64,000 nt of DNA from Gammaproteobacteria bacterium (GTDB lineage: Bacteria > Pseudomonadota > Gammaproteobacteria > JAABTG01). A model generated the notes under the pieces. The model did not search any database, was not told the DNA's origin, and saw only the letters and a program-made list of their open reading frames with translations. Of the stretch, positions 63,648-64,000 are shown one piece after another. A program made the translations under genes and the position numbers. The stretch lies in assembly GCA_017999615.1 (NCBI GenBank), contig JAGNLM010000002.1:185633-249632 (forward strand), written 5' to 3'. Numbering within the stretch: the stretch's first letter is position 1; every line of letters starts with the position of its first letter.

Positions 63648-64000
<353 letters not shown>

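Overview
GC-rich (roughly 68-70 %) proteobacterial chromosomal segment with dense coding on both strands and no CRISPR arrays, transposases or integrases.

The window begins with a TehA/SLAC1-type transporter, phosphoenolpyruvate carboxylase, a LysM coiled-coil protein, helicase HrpB and an APH-family kinase. Next comes an anaerobic class III ribonucleotide reductase locus (nrdD plus nrdG). This nrdD carries a LAGLIDADG-type intein, and its glycyl-radical domain is encoded as a separate 55-aa gene downstream. A BT1-family transporter sits between nrdD and nrdG. The locus is followed by a nitronate monooxygenase-like gene, a TIGR01212 radical SAM gene and an OmpA-like gene.

A QseE/QseG/QseF-like module follows (histidine kinase, lipoprotein, sigma54-dependent response regulator). 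After it come a PAS-GGDEF-EAL protein, metY, a TerC-family protein, mtfA, a GT2 plus YdjC/HpnK-like deacetylase pair, mpl, trmH, a DUF2265-type aminopeptidase, an exosortase-type asparagine synthetase and a PEP-CTERM protein.

Next is an ABC exporter followed by a 1398-aa internally duplicated polytopic membrane protein. A lower-GC island then encodes a Cys-rich secreted protein and a PqqD-like protein, followed by an HprK-related kinase and a nucleotidyltransferase. A small membrane protein and a second Cys-rich secreted protein lie just downstream.

The remainder is a suf operon (Rrf2 regulator, sufBCDS, sufU, sufT), a host-attachment protein, a vWA/FHA protein, VanZ, UspA and acs. The window ends with the 3' part of an rRNA operon on the minus strand: 5S, 23S, tRNA-Ala, tRNA-Ile and a partial 16S.

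Most long ORFs antisense to these genes are GC-driven artefacts.
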